Source: a virus
Lineage: Duplodnaviria > Caudoviricetes
Strand: one strand, 5' to 3'
DNA length: 62,458 nt
Virus record (IMG/VR): IMGVR_UViG_3300045741_000405
Coordinates: 1-62,458 of that record
Shown here: positions 48,123-58,372 of the stretch, in pieces
Layout: each line of letters begins with the position of its first letter
Numbering within the stretch: the stretch's first letter is position 1
Notes under the pieces: generated by a model
Told to the model about the DNA's origin: nothing
The model's database searches: none
The model's input: the letters and a program-made list of their open reading frames with translations, nothing else
Translations under genes and position numbers: made by a program

Positions 48123-49769
48123 ATGCAGATAGAGGTTCGAAAAAATGGTTTCTGTATTGTCCACGATATTGAGCAGCACCTTATACAAGATGCCGTACTT
48201 GGAAGAATTGGTGGCTCAGTATCCAGATATACTGGATGGAGATGGCTTCCGTATCTCAAGAGTAAGGCTCATGAGTTTATTTTTCGAAGCACGTCAGATA
48301 AGGAAAACCTTCAAAATCTGATCGATAGGCGCAAAAGTGCTGAGATAGTTCACACCGAAAAAATAGAGAGTACAGAGTTGTATTCTGCCGTATCCACAAT
48401 CGCATTGTGGCCGTGGCAGGTATCAGCAGTTGAACTTATTCTTAGGAATAAAATCGCCTATATTTCCTATGACGTTGGGCTTGGAAAAACTTTATCTGCG
48501 ATTACGGCGATTGTTGTTCTCAGGAAAAGACAGGCGATAAAATCATCCCTTATCCTTTGTCCTGCTTCCATTCTGTATCAGTGGAAGGATGAGATACTCA
48601 ACACGATTAAAAGTGAATTTCAGCCAACGATTGAGATTGTCCGTGGATCCAAATCTCAAAGAGAGGATTCCTGGACGAATGAGGCGGATATTTACCTTAC
48701 TACTTATGAGTCTTTCCGTGAGGATCAGACAAGCCATAGGGTAGCGGCAAAGGATAGGATAAATCTCATTGTGCTTGATGAGGCTTGGAAGGTTAAGAAT
48801 TACCAGGCACAGGTTCATGAGGCGATACGATCTTTTGTATCCCCCAAATTGGAGTATCGCATCGCTCTTAACGCTACTCCGATAACGAACAACTATCTGG
48901 ATATCTTTGGGGCATACGCGATTCTTGATCCTCTTTTGTTTATCTCCAGAAAGAACTTCCTTTCTCGTTATGCGGTGTACAAGAAAATCTACATTAGGAA
49001 ATTGCATCGTTCTATTCAATCTTTGGACGGGTATCGGAACACGGAAGAAATAGAACGGCTTGTTTATCCTTCTTTACTGCGGAAAAACTCCGAATCAATT
49101 GGAAGAGAACTTCCATCTATTTTGGTTGTGCCATATTGGGTGGAATTGAATGCCAAACAGCGGAAGGACTACGATTTATTAAAGTCCAATATGCTTTTAA
49201 ATCCCCTTGAGAAATGCACAGCAGCGAGATTGGTATGCTTGGATTTAGCGGCTGTTGTGACGTCTGCGAAGTATCTTGTTTTACTGGATATTTTGAAAGA
49301 GGTTTTGCAGGGGCGTAAAGCGGTTATTTTCTCGGAGTCTGCAAGGTATGTTGAAGTACTAAAATCAGAGGTAGGTAAGCAGGGGTATCTCGCTCTGTCC
49401 ATTACTGGGAGTGATTCTGCACAGGACCGAATGGTATCAGTGGACAAGTTCAATCAATCTTCGCAGCTTTTATTCACGACAAGGGCTGGGGAAGCTGGGC
49501 TAAATCTTCAAGCAGCGGACTATGTGATCAACATGGATTTGCCTTGGACACCTTCTTCCCTTAAGCAACGTGTTGGAAGAGTACGTCCATTTCTTGGTGG
49601 TTCTTCTAGGGCCATCACTGTGATCAATGTCCTTACTCGTGATACGATTGAGGAGAGAATTATTGAGATTATCAGAGCTAAACGGCAGATGATTTCGAAT
49701 TTCTTCAATCAACCGGAAGATGATTTGGTTGGTGAGTTCAATCCGAATAATCTTGTGAAGATGCTTTAA
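48123..49769 (+). CDS. SNF2-family helicase/ATPase
   Basis: DVGLGKT, LDEAW, ATPITN, GEAGLNLQAA, QRVGR. Confidence 0.9.
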   Translation: MQIEVRKNGFCIVHDIEQHLIQDAVLGRIGGSVSRYTGWRWLPYLKSKAHEFIFRSTSDKENLQNLIDRRKSAEIVHTEKIESTELYSAVSTIALWPWQVSAVELILRNKIAYISYDVGLGKTLSAITAIVVLRKRQAIKSSLILCPASILYQWKDEILNTIKSEFQPTIEIVRGSKSQREDSWTNEADIYLTTYESFREDQTSHRVAAKDRINLIVLDEAWKVKNYQAQVHEAIRSFVSPKLEYRIALNATPITNNYLDIFGAYAILDPLLFISRKNFLSRYAVYKKIYIRKLHRSIQSLDGYRNTEEIERLVYPSLLRKNSESIGRELPSILVVPYWVELNAKQRKDYDLLKSNMLLNPLEKCTAARLVCLDLAAVVTSAKYLVLLDILKEVLQGRKAVIFSESARYVEVLKSEVGKQGYLALSITGSDSAQDRMVSVDKFNQSSQLLFTTRAGEAGLNLQAADYVINMDLPWTPSSLKQRVGRVRPFLGGSSRAITVINVLTRDTIEERIIEIIRAKRQMISNFFNQPEDDLVGEFNPNNLVKML

Positions 49770-49782
49770 TTCTTAGGAATAA

Positions 49783-51774
49783 TTGATGAAGCATATTCAT
49801 GTCACGATTCAAGATTCGAACAGTTTGAAGCAGGAATTTGAGCTTCTTTCCAAACGTCGAAGTATTGGGTTTGATGTGGAGACCACGGGTCTTGATTGGT
49901 GGTCCAAGGATTCCAAGATTGTTGGATATGGATTGGGGTTCATTCAGGATAAAGAAACCATTCGGACTATTTACATTCCAGTTGGGTTAGATAAATCTTG
50001 GGTGAGTTTTGATGAAAAGCATACATCTGACCTTCTCAGACCAATTCTTTCAGATGAGAGCACAGCTAAGTTTGGAGCGAATATTAAATTCGATTCCCAC
50101 TTTGCTCGTAAATACGGTACAAAAATTAGTGCAGCTCATGACGTTCAGGCCATGGCTCGATTGGTTAGGTCCGGGTTTCATAGAGTAGGTTTAGAGGAGC
50201 TAATTAAGAATGAGTTCCAAGGAAGCCATGGTACATGGCAGGAACTAAAAACGTGGGGTAGGGAAAACGATATTCGAATAACGGACGGGGAAGTCGATCC
50301 AGGGGCATATGCAAAAGTAGATCCAAAGGTTCTCGGTAGGTATTGTGGGGAAGACGTTTATTGGACTCTACGTCTGGCATTTAGATACCTGAAGGATCTT
50401 CGTTCTGACCCGAGATTGTGGAGTCTTTATAAGAATGTTGAGCAGCCATTGATTCGATGCACGGAATCAATGGAGCATGAAGGGATCAGAATCGATCGAG
50501 GATATCTACAGTCTTGTAGAGAACGTCTTCTTCCTTTGGAAGAAAAGAATGAGAAACGGATTTATGATTTAGCGGGAAAGAGATTCAATATTAACTCGGT
50601 GAAACAGATAACAGAAATACTTCTTCCAATGGGTGTGGTTCCGCAGTTGCGAAGAAGAAAACGAAAAGACGGGTCTACGATCGAAACCCCAACGGTCGAT
50701 AAGAAATGTTTGGACAGCTATAGGAATCTCCCGATCATAGAAGCGATTCTTGAGTACAAAGGGATCAAGAAGCTCTTATCCACCTATGTAAACCCGCTTC
50801 TTGATCAGAACTCAGAGATCATTCATGCGTCAATAAAGCCGGAAGCGGCAAGGACGGGAAGGCTATCAGCGGTAAATCCGAATTTGATGAACCTTCCGAA
50901 TGTGGATGAATCTCTTCCTTCTTATAAGCGGGAGAATTCGATTCGAAGGGCAATTATTCCTAGGAATAATGGGTTTCAGGATGGGGTTTACCACGAGAAC
51001 GTCCTTCTTTCTGTTGATATGAAACAGATTGAGTATCGGTTACTGGCACATTTCTCAGAGGATCCAGCGCTTATCGAGGTATTTAAGAAAGGGCAAGATT
51101 TCCATGCGTATGTTGCCGGCCAGTTATTTGATGTTCCAGGTGATAAATTGGATAAGCACCAAAGATCCATTGGAAAGAAATTTAATTTCGCTCAACTTTA
51201 CGGGAGTAGTCTTGCTCATCTTGCTGAGCAGTGCGGAATCACGATTAAGAGAGCTGAAGGAATTGACAAGCAATATCGGGATCGTTTCCCTAGCATCATA
51301 CAATTTAAGCAAAGAACAGAATGCCAGTGTGTCAAAGAAGGAGGAGTGAGAAATGCTTTCGGTCGATTCAGAGCCCTTCCAAATTCCCTCAGTTACCGCG
51401 CAGTTAACACGCTTATCCAAGGAACTGCGGCAGATCTTTTCAAAATCGCAATCATCCGAGTTACAGAATCTCTTCAAGATAAGAATTCAAGGCTTTTATT
51501 TCCGGTCCATGATGAGCTTGTGATTAATTGGGATTTAACAGATGGGGATATTGTTTCTCCGATCATTAAGGCCATGACGATTTTTGAAACGAAGGGGGTT
51601 TCATTATTTCGCGTACCTTTGGATGTGGATGTAGCTATTTGCAGGAGTAATTGGGAAGAGCAAGAGGATTTGGATATCGAAGTGATTACGCAGGCTCATT
51701 TCGATAGGGTATCCAATGAAGAAGAAAAGATGCGAAAAATGTCTCGGGACAAAACATGTCCGAGTTGGGGATAG
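49783..51774 (+). CDS. polA: Family A DNA polymerase with 3'-5' exonuclease
   Basis: FDVETTGL, RTGRLS..NPNLMNLP, DMKQIEYR, KKFNFAQLYG, IQGTAAD, VHDEL. Confidence 0.95.
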   Translation: MMKHIHVTIQDSNSLKQEFELLSKRRSIGFDVETTGLDWWSKDSKIVGYGLGFIQDKETIRTIYIPVGLDKSWVSFDEKHTSDLLRPILSDESTAKFGANIKFDSHFARKYGTKISAAHDVQAMARLVRSGFHRVGLEELIKNEFQGSHGTWQELKTWGRENDIRITDGEVDPGAYAKVDPKVLGRYCGEDVYWTLRLAFRYLKDLRSDPRLWSLYKNVEQPLIRCTESMEHEGIRIDRGYLQSCRERLLPLEEKNEKRIYDLAGKRFNINSVKQITEILLPMGVVPQLRRRKRKDGSTIETPTVDKKCLDSYRNLPIIEAILEYKGIKKLLSTYVNPLLDQNSEIIHASIKPEAARTGRLSAVNPNLMNLPNVDESLPSYKRENSIRRAIIPRNNGFQDGVYHENVLLSVDMKQIEYRLLAHFSEDPALIEVFKKGQDFHAYVAGQLFDVPGDKLDKHQRSIGKKFNFAQLYGSSLAHLAEQCGITIKRAEGIDKQYRDRFPSIIQFKQRTECQCVKEGGVRNAFGRFRALPNSLSYRAVNTLIQGTAADLFKIAIIRVTESLQDKNSRLLFPVHDELVINWDLTDGDIVSPIIKAMTIFETKGVSLFRVPLDVDVAICRSNWEEQEDLDIEVITQAHFDRVSNEEEKMRKMSRDKTCPSWG

Positions 51775-52270
51775 TTGGGTAAGGTGTGATTGCCTACAAC
51801 GGCAATTGGTGGAAGATACGAAATTATTCTTAGGAATAATGCTCGAAGGTGGATGGGAACAATATGAGCGAAACGATACTCTCCGAGCTATTTATGAAAT
51901 CAATGCACAATTATTTGGAGTTTTCGACCTGTACGGCAACAGAGCAGATAGACGGTGGAAACTTGTCGCTCTCATTTCGAATCATTTTGCCAAAAAAGGA
52001 ACAACAATCACAGCGACAACGCTTAATGAATTGGTTGATGGGAAGTTTGGGCGAGATCAATTTCATTGGGACCGTTGCTGTCAGTCTGAGCTTCTCTGGC
52101 TCAGACTTGACTATACAAGGAAGCATTCCTGGAATGAGTCTGTTTTTTGTGAACTGCTTTCGAGAAGAACTCAGTACCTTACTATAATCACTTCGAGCAA
52201 TCCACTTAGGCATTCTTTATTTGAGATTAACCTTCTTGATTGTTCTGGGGTGATTCAGCATGAGGTTTGA
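51716..52270 (+). CDS. Possible degenerate DnaC/DnaI-like helicase loader
   Basis: CEKC...CDC Zn site, TIITSS, upstream of DnaB; Walker A not evident. Confidence 0.45.
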   Translation: MKKKRCEKCLGTKHVRVGDSWVRCDCLQRQLVEDTKLFLGIMLEGGWEQYERNDTLRAIYEINAQLFGVFDLYGNRADRRWKLVALISNHFAKKGTTITATTLNELVDGKFGRDQFHWDRCCQSELLWLRLDYTRKHSWNESVFCELLSRRTQYLTIITSSNPLRHSLFEINLLDCSGVIQHEV

Positions 52271-53618
52271 GTATGTAATTCTACGAAAGCTATTTGACGA
52301 TCCGAGTTCCAGGGAACGGCTTAAGCATTTAGAGCAGTTTGGGTTTCAAGAGGACATTCTCAAGTTTATCTATCGGTCTATCTTTGTTTCGAAGCTTCGA
52401 AATGTTCCAATTTCTCCGGAGTTCTACCTGAATTTCGTTGAGAGTAAGCGGCTAAAAGAGAAAACGCATGGGAAGGTAATTGAAGTAATCGGTTCTATTT
52501 TCGCGCTTAAATCACCATTAGAAAGTGAGGTGGAATATGCCATCAAAGGACTCAAGTACGAAGCAGAAACAAGAGCCTTCTGTAGACAGCTTGAAACCGC
52601 AGCAAAAGAAGTTTCTTTTGGAAACCTTGAATCGGCTAAACGGGTTCTTTACGAGGGAAAAGAACAATTACTTGCTTACTCAGATAGCGATAGCAGACGG
52701 AAATCAGCACGTTCGATGGCTGAGTTACGACCTAAGACGCTTGAAGGCAGCTACTCAACGGGCTTTAGAATCATTGATCAAATCGTAGGTGGTGGGCAAC
52801 GTACCGAGCTTTGGCTCGTCGCTGGGTATGTGGGCGAGTTGAAGTCTACCTTTTTGATTTCTATCGCCCACAACCTTTTTCTCAAGGGTAAGAAAGTTCT
52901 ATTTGTTTCTCTTGAGATGTCTATGGACGAGGTAAAGCAGCGATTGATAGGGCAGCACATTGCGTATATGGGAAAAATGGTTCCTTCATCTGAGATATCC
53001 TCGCAATTATTCCTAGGAATAAATGAGCAGTATTACCGTGAAGCGGTTGTAGATTTTGATTCCAATCCGGTATATGGGGATATTGAGATTTACCAACCGG
53101 AGTTAGGGGCGTCAATTATTGATGTAGGTAGGCAGATTGAAACAGGTTCACGTATTCTGGATGCTGTTATTATTGATTATGCGCAGCTTCTCACTCCACT
53201 TTCAAAGTCTTTAGAGCATCGGCACTCGCTCAATGATACGCTTCGGTACGCGAAGAAGATGGCCCTTGAGGCGTATGGGCGTAAGGGTGTGTTTATTGTG
53301 TCTGGGCATCAGACTTCTTCTGATGGTAGACATAGGGCGGAGGAGAAGGGGTTTTATGATTTGGCAGCCCTTTCTGAATCCATAGGAGCGGCTCAAATTG
53401 CGAATGTAGTTATTTGGTCCCTATTCACTGAAGAGATGCGAAGAAGAAATGAGATCAAGATAGGTCTTTCCAAGAGTCGTAATACCACTACCAATGGGTC
53501 GATCCATTTTCTTCCCGTAGATCTATCCTTTGGCCTTATTGGGAAAGAACCAATAGTAAAATCAGCGAATACGGTTTCTTCTGATTCGCTTGATGATTTG
53601 ATCAGCGATTATTCTTAG
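52260..53618 (+). CDS. dnaB: DnaB-like replicative helicase
   Basis: STGFRIIDQIVGG, AGYVGELKST, VSLEMS, IIDYAQL, KSRN. Confidence 0.85.
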   Translation: MRFEYVILRKLFDDPSSRERLKHLEQFGFQEDILKFIYRSIFVSKLRNVPISPEFYLNFVESKRLKEKTHGKVIEVIGSIFALKSPLESEVEYAIKGLKYEAETRAFCRQLETAAKEVSFGNLESAKRVLYEGKEQLLAYSDSDSRRKSARSMAELRPKTLEGSYSTGFRIIDQIVGGGQRTELWLVAGYVGELKSTFLISIAHNLFLKGKKVLFVSLEMSMDEVKQRLIGQHIAYMGKMVPSSEISSQLFLGINEQYYREAVVDFDSNPVYGDIEIYQPELGASIIDVGRQIETGSRILDAVIIDYAQLLTPLSKSLEHRHSLNDTLRYAKKMALEAYGRKGVFIVSGHQTSSDGRHRAEEKGFYDLAALSESIGAAQIANVVIWSLFTEEMRRRNEIKIGLSKSRNTTTNGSIHFLPVDLSFGLIGKEPIVKSANTVSSDSLDDLISDYS

Positions 53619-53626
53619 GAATAAGT

Positions 53627-54280
53627 ATGAACCTGCGTGAACGAGTAAATTCAAAAATTTTTGTTGACACTCTAATTTCACACTTTAAAATGCGTGCCAA
53701 TGCGAGTGGATTCATGGTTTGTCCATTTCATTCGGATTCGAGACCTTCCTTTAAGGTATACGGGAAGGAGAAGGGGTGGTTTTGTTTCCAGTGTCAAAGG
53801 GGAGGAGGTGCGGTTGAATTCCTTGCTTACCTTAAAAGATGTTCTTTTGAAATGGCGACAAAAGCATTGGCTAAAAAATGGGGAATTAGCGAACAAACAG
53901 ACTTTGCTAACTTATCCATTGCGACCTTATCAGACGAAGAACGTGCAAGGCTTGAACAAGCTTCTCGACATAGCTTCTTTATTGGATGGCAACGCCAAAA
54001 GTGTATTGATTTCTTTGCTGAGTTAGAGAAGGTCCCGAGTAAGTACAAGGAGTTTGTATATGACGCCTGGTACAATTTTGGAATTCCTCATCTCGAAAGA
54101 TATCGGTATTTATATCTTACTGATGGTTCTTCTCGCGTCCTTGATAAGTATGTACCGGAGTTCAAAGACTTCATAAAATCGAAGGTTCATTGTTGGAGAT
54201 ATCATGCTGAAACAGGAACTCATTCAAAGATATTACGCGCTAGATCAGACAAGGTTGAAGCTCGAACGAGAAGCGCGTGA
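53627..54280 (+). CDS. CHC2 zinc-finger (primase-type) protein without evident TOPRIM
   Basis: CPFHSDSRPSF...WFCFQCQRGG. Confidence 0.8.
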   Translation: MNLRERVNSKIFVDTLISHFKMRANASGFMVCPFHSDSRPSFKVYGKEKGWFCFQCQRGGGAVEFLAYLKRCSFEMATKALAKKWGISEQTDFANLSIATLSDEERARLEQASRHSFFIGWQRQKCIDFFAELEKVPSKYKEFVYDAWYNFGIPHLERYRYLYLTDGSSRVLDKYVPEFKDFIKSKVHCWRYHAETGTHSKILRARSDKVEARTRSA

Positions 54281-54503
54281 GATATCTGATTTGGTGAAGG
54301 ACCTTAAAGAGAGAATCGTAAACAGTCTCAATAAGGGGAATGAGGTTGAGGCAGGGGCATTCACTGTTCGTATGGCGGAAGGTGGAAGATATCCTTCTTG
54401 GAAAGAAGAATTTGAGAAACGTCTTGGGGAAGAGGCGGTACAAGAGGTGATTTCTAATACTCCCTATAAGAAGGTATTACTTGTGGAGCCTGCAAGTGAC
54501 TGA
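54204..54503 (+). CDS. Hypothetical protein, paralogue of 61581-61967
   Basis: YPSWKEEFEKRLGE...VISNTP vs FPSWKTVVEKALGE...VIDETP. Confidence 0.7.
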   Translation: MLKQELIQRYYALDQTRLKLEREAREISDLVKDLKERIVNSLNKGNEVEAGAFTVRMAEGGRYPSWKEEFEKRLGEEAVQEVISNTPYKKVLLVEPASD

Positions 54504-54699
54504 TGGATTTTTTAAGACTTGGAGTAGGAAGGGTGTGAACAACCCAAAGGCTAAGTTATCGGAGGATGACGTCAAGGAAATTCGAAGACTCCATGCTTCA
54601 GGAAAACTGACTAAGCACATTGCGGAGGATTATGGTGTAGCGATTACTACGATTGCAGCGATTGTGACTCGAAGGGCATGGAAACATATCATTGATTAG
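54481..54699 (+). CDS. Stand-alone HTH like the HNH homing-endonuclease C-terminal domain
   Basis: GVNNPKAKLSEDDVKEIRRL...IAEDYGV...RAWKHI. Confidence 0.7.
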   Translation: MWSLQVTDGFFKTWSRKGVNNPKAKLSEDDVKEIRRLHASGKLTKHIAEDYGVAITTIAAIVTRRAWKHIID

Positions 54700-55060
54700 G
54701 AAAAGGGTAATGCGGCAGAGAAATTTCAAAGAGGAAGGGGCAGAGCTACAAAAGAAAATGAGTCTTTTTGGGATTACTTCTAAGGAACTTTCTGAACGTA
54801 TCGCTTGTTCACATAGTCTTGTTAATTATTGGTTGAATGGCACAGGTTCTTGGCGAAATAGTAGGTACTACAGATCCGTTATGAATATTCTTAAGCCAGT
54901 GGATGCGAAGTCTGAAGATTCAGTTAGTAAAGAGCCTATTAATGTTTTTGAATGGATATTTGAAATGATGATGTTGATCAAAAGTGTTCGTGGTAAGGTT
55001 AAAATACCGGATCAAATTCTTGATGGAATTAAGGGAGCATTGAATCAGCTTTATTCTTAG
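54692..55060 (+). CDS. XRE-like HTH protein
   Basis: GITSKELSERIACSHSLVNYWLNG. Confidence 0.7.
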   Translation: MIRKRVMRQRNFKEEGAELQKKMSLFGITSKELSERIACSHSLVNYWLNGTGSWRNSRYYRSVMNILKPVDAKSEDSVSKEPINVFEWIFEMMMLIKSVRGKVKIPDQILDGIKGALNQLYS

Positions 55061-55192
55061 GAATAATTTGCCTGCCTGTGGGGGAAGCCACACCAACTTC
55101 AGTTAACCCCTTCAAAGAAGTCCTCTTTTTGTATGACTCAATTAGGCTTCCCCTACTTTTTAGTCTTAGGAATAGTGGAGAAAGGTGGTTGA

Positions 55193-57145
55193 TTGAGAGC
55201 CAATGAATTCCCTTATGGAGCATATCCATTCGACGAGTTTAACCCCCTTCAAAGATTGGTACTCCCGGAACTGGAATCGGGAACCAATGTCATTGTGGAG
55301 GGTAAAACTTCATCGGGAAAAACTATTTGTGGTGAGATACTTAGTGCTACTGCCTTATTTCAGGGCAGACAGGTCCTCTACCTCTGTCCGTTGAAGGCTT
55401 TGGCGGAGGAGAAATTAGAAGAATGGACTTCGCCAACTCATCCTTGGTACGCGCACAACATAGCGATTATTACGGGTGATTATGTTCTTACGCCATCGAA
55501 GAAGCGAGAGCTTGAGAATGCGGATGTAATTATCTCTACGTTTGAGATGTTTTCGGTGAGATGCCGTATGTCGCTCAGTGAGGGGTCTTCGTGGTTATTT
55601 AATCTTGGATCCTTGATTATTGATGAGGCTCATTTTTTGTCCTCGGATGGTCGTGGTGATCATTTAGAGCACGCGCTACTCCTTTTCACTAAAATCAATC
55701 CCAATTGTCGGATTGTATTTCTTTCAGCTACTCTTTCGAATTCTCCCGATATTGCGATTTGGCTTACCCAGTTGAATCTTAGGCCGACGGTTCATATTAA
55801 GTCTGATTATCGTCCTTGCCCGCTTCGGATTCATTTTCATGCTTATGAGCCATCGGGTAATCCATTTACATCTTCTGGACCTGATTTACAGAGACAGTTG
55901 AAATATCTTTTTAGTCTTGATACTGAGTCTCAATGGCTTGTTTTTGTGCATTCCAAGGCGCATGGAAGGTTAGCCATTGAGGTAGCGAAGAAGGTTTGGG
56001 CTTCTCGGGTAGGGTTCCACAATGCAGACCTTGATAAAGGGTCAAGGAAGGCTCTGGAAGGGGCTTTCAAGTCTGGTGAGGTAAGATGTCTTATTGCTAC
56101 TTCCACACTTGCCTATGGTTGTAATATGCCCGCTAGGAGGGTAGCCATATTTGGTCTTAGGAGGGGATTTAGTGAAGTAGATCCTTTGGACATTATTCAG
56201 GAATGTGGGAGGGCGGGTAGGCCGAGGTACGATAATGAGGGTGATGCGTATGTCATATTGGAGAAGAGGCAGCTTCAGGATGGATGGGATCATTTAATCC
56301 GAGAGGGGATCGGAGTAAAATCAAGGTTATCCACTAAGATTGGGTTTCATCTTATTGGGGAGATTGCGGAGGGGAGGATAGCGGAGAGAGATCAGGTTGT
56401 AGCATGGGCAAAGCGATCATTGGCATACCAACAGGAGTTGATTTGTGAAAAGAAGCTCACTGAAGCACTCACTTTATATAGAACTCACGGATTGGTTCAC
56501 ACATCGTTTGAAGGACCCGATAAGTTCGAAGCAAGTATTCTTGGACGGATTGCATCAGCGCATTACTATGATCCGATGGATGTGGTGTCTTGGAGAAGGA
56601 ATTTAAATACGGTCAATGAGAGACAGCTACATCGAAATGATGCTGCTTTAGCATGGATGTTCATGAGGATTTCCTCAATTGTTGGATTTATTCCGAAGGA
56701 CTTGAAAGGGTATGTTTCCTCATATCTTTCGGAAATGAAAAAACTGGATTTAACTTTTGGCACCGATGGTACTCTTGCAGCGGCCACAGTTCTTCATTTG
56801 CATTTAACTGGCCAGGTGGAGACAGCCAAGAGATTCCCATCGATCCTTATATCAATTATTACCGATATCGATCGAATGCTTTCGTGCATTCAGCAGATAG
56901 ATCAGAGAATATTCCATAATCATTCCCAGGAATATTTTAAGCTTCTTCGGCAAAGGGTTCGGTACGGGGTTAATTGGGAAGAAGCTGATTTGTGTTGTAT
57001 TCCAGGGATTGGAAAGGTGCATTCAGGGGCGCTTGTTGAGAGTGGGATTTTGGATCAGAAATCATTTTGGGCAAATCCAGGCAAGGTGAAGACGGTAATT
57101 CCTTACAAGTTATACGACAAATTATTTACGAAGGTGGAGGCATGA
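55193..57145 (+). CDS. Ski2/Hel308-like SF2 helicase
   Basis: FNPLQ, TSSGKT, PLKALAEEK, IIDEAH, LSAT, RPCPL, ATSTLAYGCNMPAR, GRAGRP, HhH CIPGIG. Confidence 0.9.
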   Translation: MRANEFPYGAYPFDEFNPLQRLVLPELESGTNVIVEGKTSSGKTICGEILSATALFQGRQVLYLCPLKALAEEKLEEWTSPTHPWYAHNIAIITGDYVLTPSKKRELENADVIISTFEMFSVRCRMSLSEGSSWLFNLGSLIIDEAHFLSSDGRGDHLEHALLLFTKINPNCRIVFLSATLSNSPDIAIWLTQLNLRPTVHIKSDYRPCPLRIHFHAYEPSGNPFTSSGPDLQRQLKYLFSLDTESQWLVFVHSKAHGRLAIEVAKKVWASRVGFHNADLDKGSRKALEGAFKSGEVRCLIATSTLAYGCNMPARRVAIFGLRRGFSEVDPLDIIQECGRAGRPRYDNEGDAYVILEKRQLQDGWDHLIREGIGVKSRLSTKIGFHLIGEIAEGRIAERDQVVAWAKRSLAYQQELICEKKLTEALTLYRTHGLVHTSFEGPDKFEASILGRIASAHYYDPMDVVSWRRNLNTVNERQLHRNDAALAWMFMRISSIVGFIPKDLKGYVSSYLSEMKKLDLTFGTDGTLAAATVLHLHLTGQVETAKRFPSILISIITDIDRMLSCIQQIDQRIFHNHSQEYFKLLRQRVRYGVNWEEADLCCIPGIGKVHSGALVESGILDQKSFWANPGKVKTVIPYKLYDKLFTKVEA

Positions 57146-57495
57146 ATTTACTAGATCAGGTTCAGCAAGCGGTAATTGACATGAATGAGGGGAGGGAGTT
57201 GACAGGGGAGGTAGGGGATCTTGTTTCAGTAGCACTTAACCCAATTAGTTTTATTGATCATGGGTTAGCGAAATTGATTGCCCATTTGCATGAAGAATCT
57301 TATTCAGCGAGAGAGATCAATCAAGTTTTGGGATATCTCCGAGAAACGATTAGTAAGTTTGTATCAAGACTTCCTACACCTCATACCATTCTTGAAGCAG
57401 CTAAGAATGGTTCTCCAGCAGAAGCGTCGGTGGTGTCTGATAACGGTATTGACGTGCCAGACGAGGAAGGGGAGGAGGTATCGGGAAAGGTATGA
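57142..57495 (+). CDS. Hypothetical protein
   Basis: ATGA coupling at 57142 with GGAGG SD. Confidence 0.6.
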   Translation: MNLLDQVQQAVIDMNEGRELTGEVGDLVSVALNPISFIDHGLAKLIAHLHEESYSAREINQVLGYLRETISKFVSRLPTPHTILEAAKNGSPAEASVVSDNGIDVPDEEGEEVSGKV

Positions 57496-57824
57496 ATTTA
57501 GACTATTACCAAAATCAGGCGAAGGAATATGCGACCTATCCGAGGATTGATGGGAAGGGTTATATTTATCCAGCTCTCGGATTATCTGGAGAGGCTGGGG
57601 AGGTATGTGAGAAGATCAAGCGTATCTTTAGGGATGATGCTGGAGTATTTAGCACAGTTCGTAGAGATTCCTTGAGGTTAGAGCTTGGAGATGTTCTTTG
57701 GTATATTTCCCAGCTTGCAACGGAGTTTGGGTTTGAGTTATCGGACATTGCATTAGCGAATCTTGAGAAGCTTCAGAAGCGGAAGCTCAATGGAACTCTT
57801 TCTGGAGATGGAGATTTGAGATGA
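57492..57824 (+). CDS. MazG-like nucleotide pyrophosphohydrolase
   Basis: LGLSGEAGEV.EKIK...ELGDVLWY...NLEKL..R. Confidence 0.9.
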   Translation: MNLDYYQNQAKEYATYPRIDGKGYIYPALGLSGEAGEVCEKIKRIFRDDAGVFSTVRRDSLRLELGDVLWYISQLATEFGFELSDIALANLEKLQKRKLNGTLSGDGDLR

Positions 57825-58018
57825 AGGTTATTCCTAGGAATAAGAAGAAAGCCAAGCCGATGAATCCTACTCCAGTTGTTCTTGCTTTAGAGGATATTAG
57901 TAAGTGCAGGGACATTATTGAGGCAGGGTTTCACCGTAACTGTGCTTTTATTCGTCACCTTGATGGGTATATTAAGCATTTGAAGAAGCTCATCGCCAAA
58001 GGGGAGTTTCAGGAATAG
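57821..58018 (+). CDS. Hypothetical protein
   Basis: ATGA coupling. Confidence 0.55.
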   Translation: MKVIPRNKKKAKPMNPTPVVLALEDISKCRDIIEAGFHRNCAFIRHLDGYIKHLKKLIAKGEFQE

Positions 58019-58372
58019 ATGGCACATGACCGAGAATTTAAAAAGCGTTTGGAAGATGGAAGAATACAGAAGCATCGGATTCCATCCACTGATGCCATCG
58101 AGATCAATGAGGGTATTGGAGCGGTTCGTTTTGACGTTCTTTCGAAGCATGTTTTGCCTACTGGGATATCTACGTGGGTGAATCTATTTGTGGTATTTCG
58201 ACAGCGGAAGAAGAACACGAACGAGATATCCAAGGCGAAGATATCTTTGAGGAAGTATCAGTGTATTGGGGAGAAATGGGGAAGAAGGCAGAATTTCAAC
58301 ATAAACTCGGTAAAGGAAGCTAAAGCTATCCTGGAATTACTTAGGGTGGTGTATCCTAATGCGTTCATTTAA
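58019..58372 (+). CDS. Hypothetical basic protein
   Basis: Abuts the previous stop. Confidence 0.55.
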   Translation: MAHDREFKKRLEDGRIQKHRIPSTDAIEINEGIGAVRFDVLSKHVLPTGISTWVNLFVVFRQRKKNTNEISKAKISLRKYQCIGEKWGRRQNFNINSVKEAKAILELLRVVYPNAFI

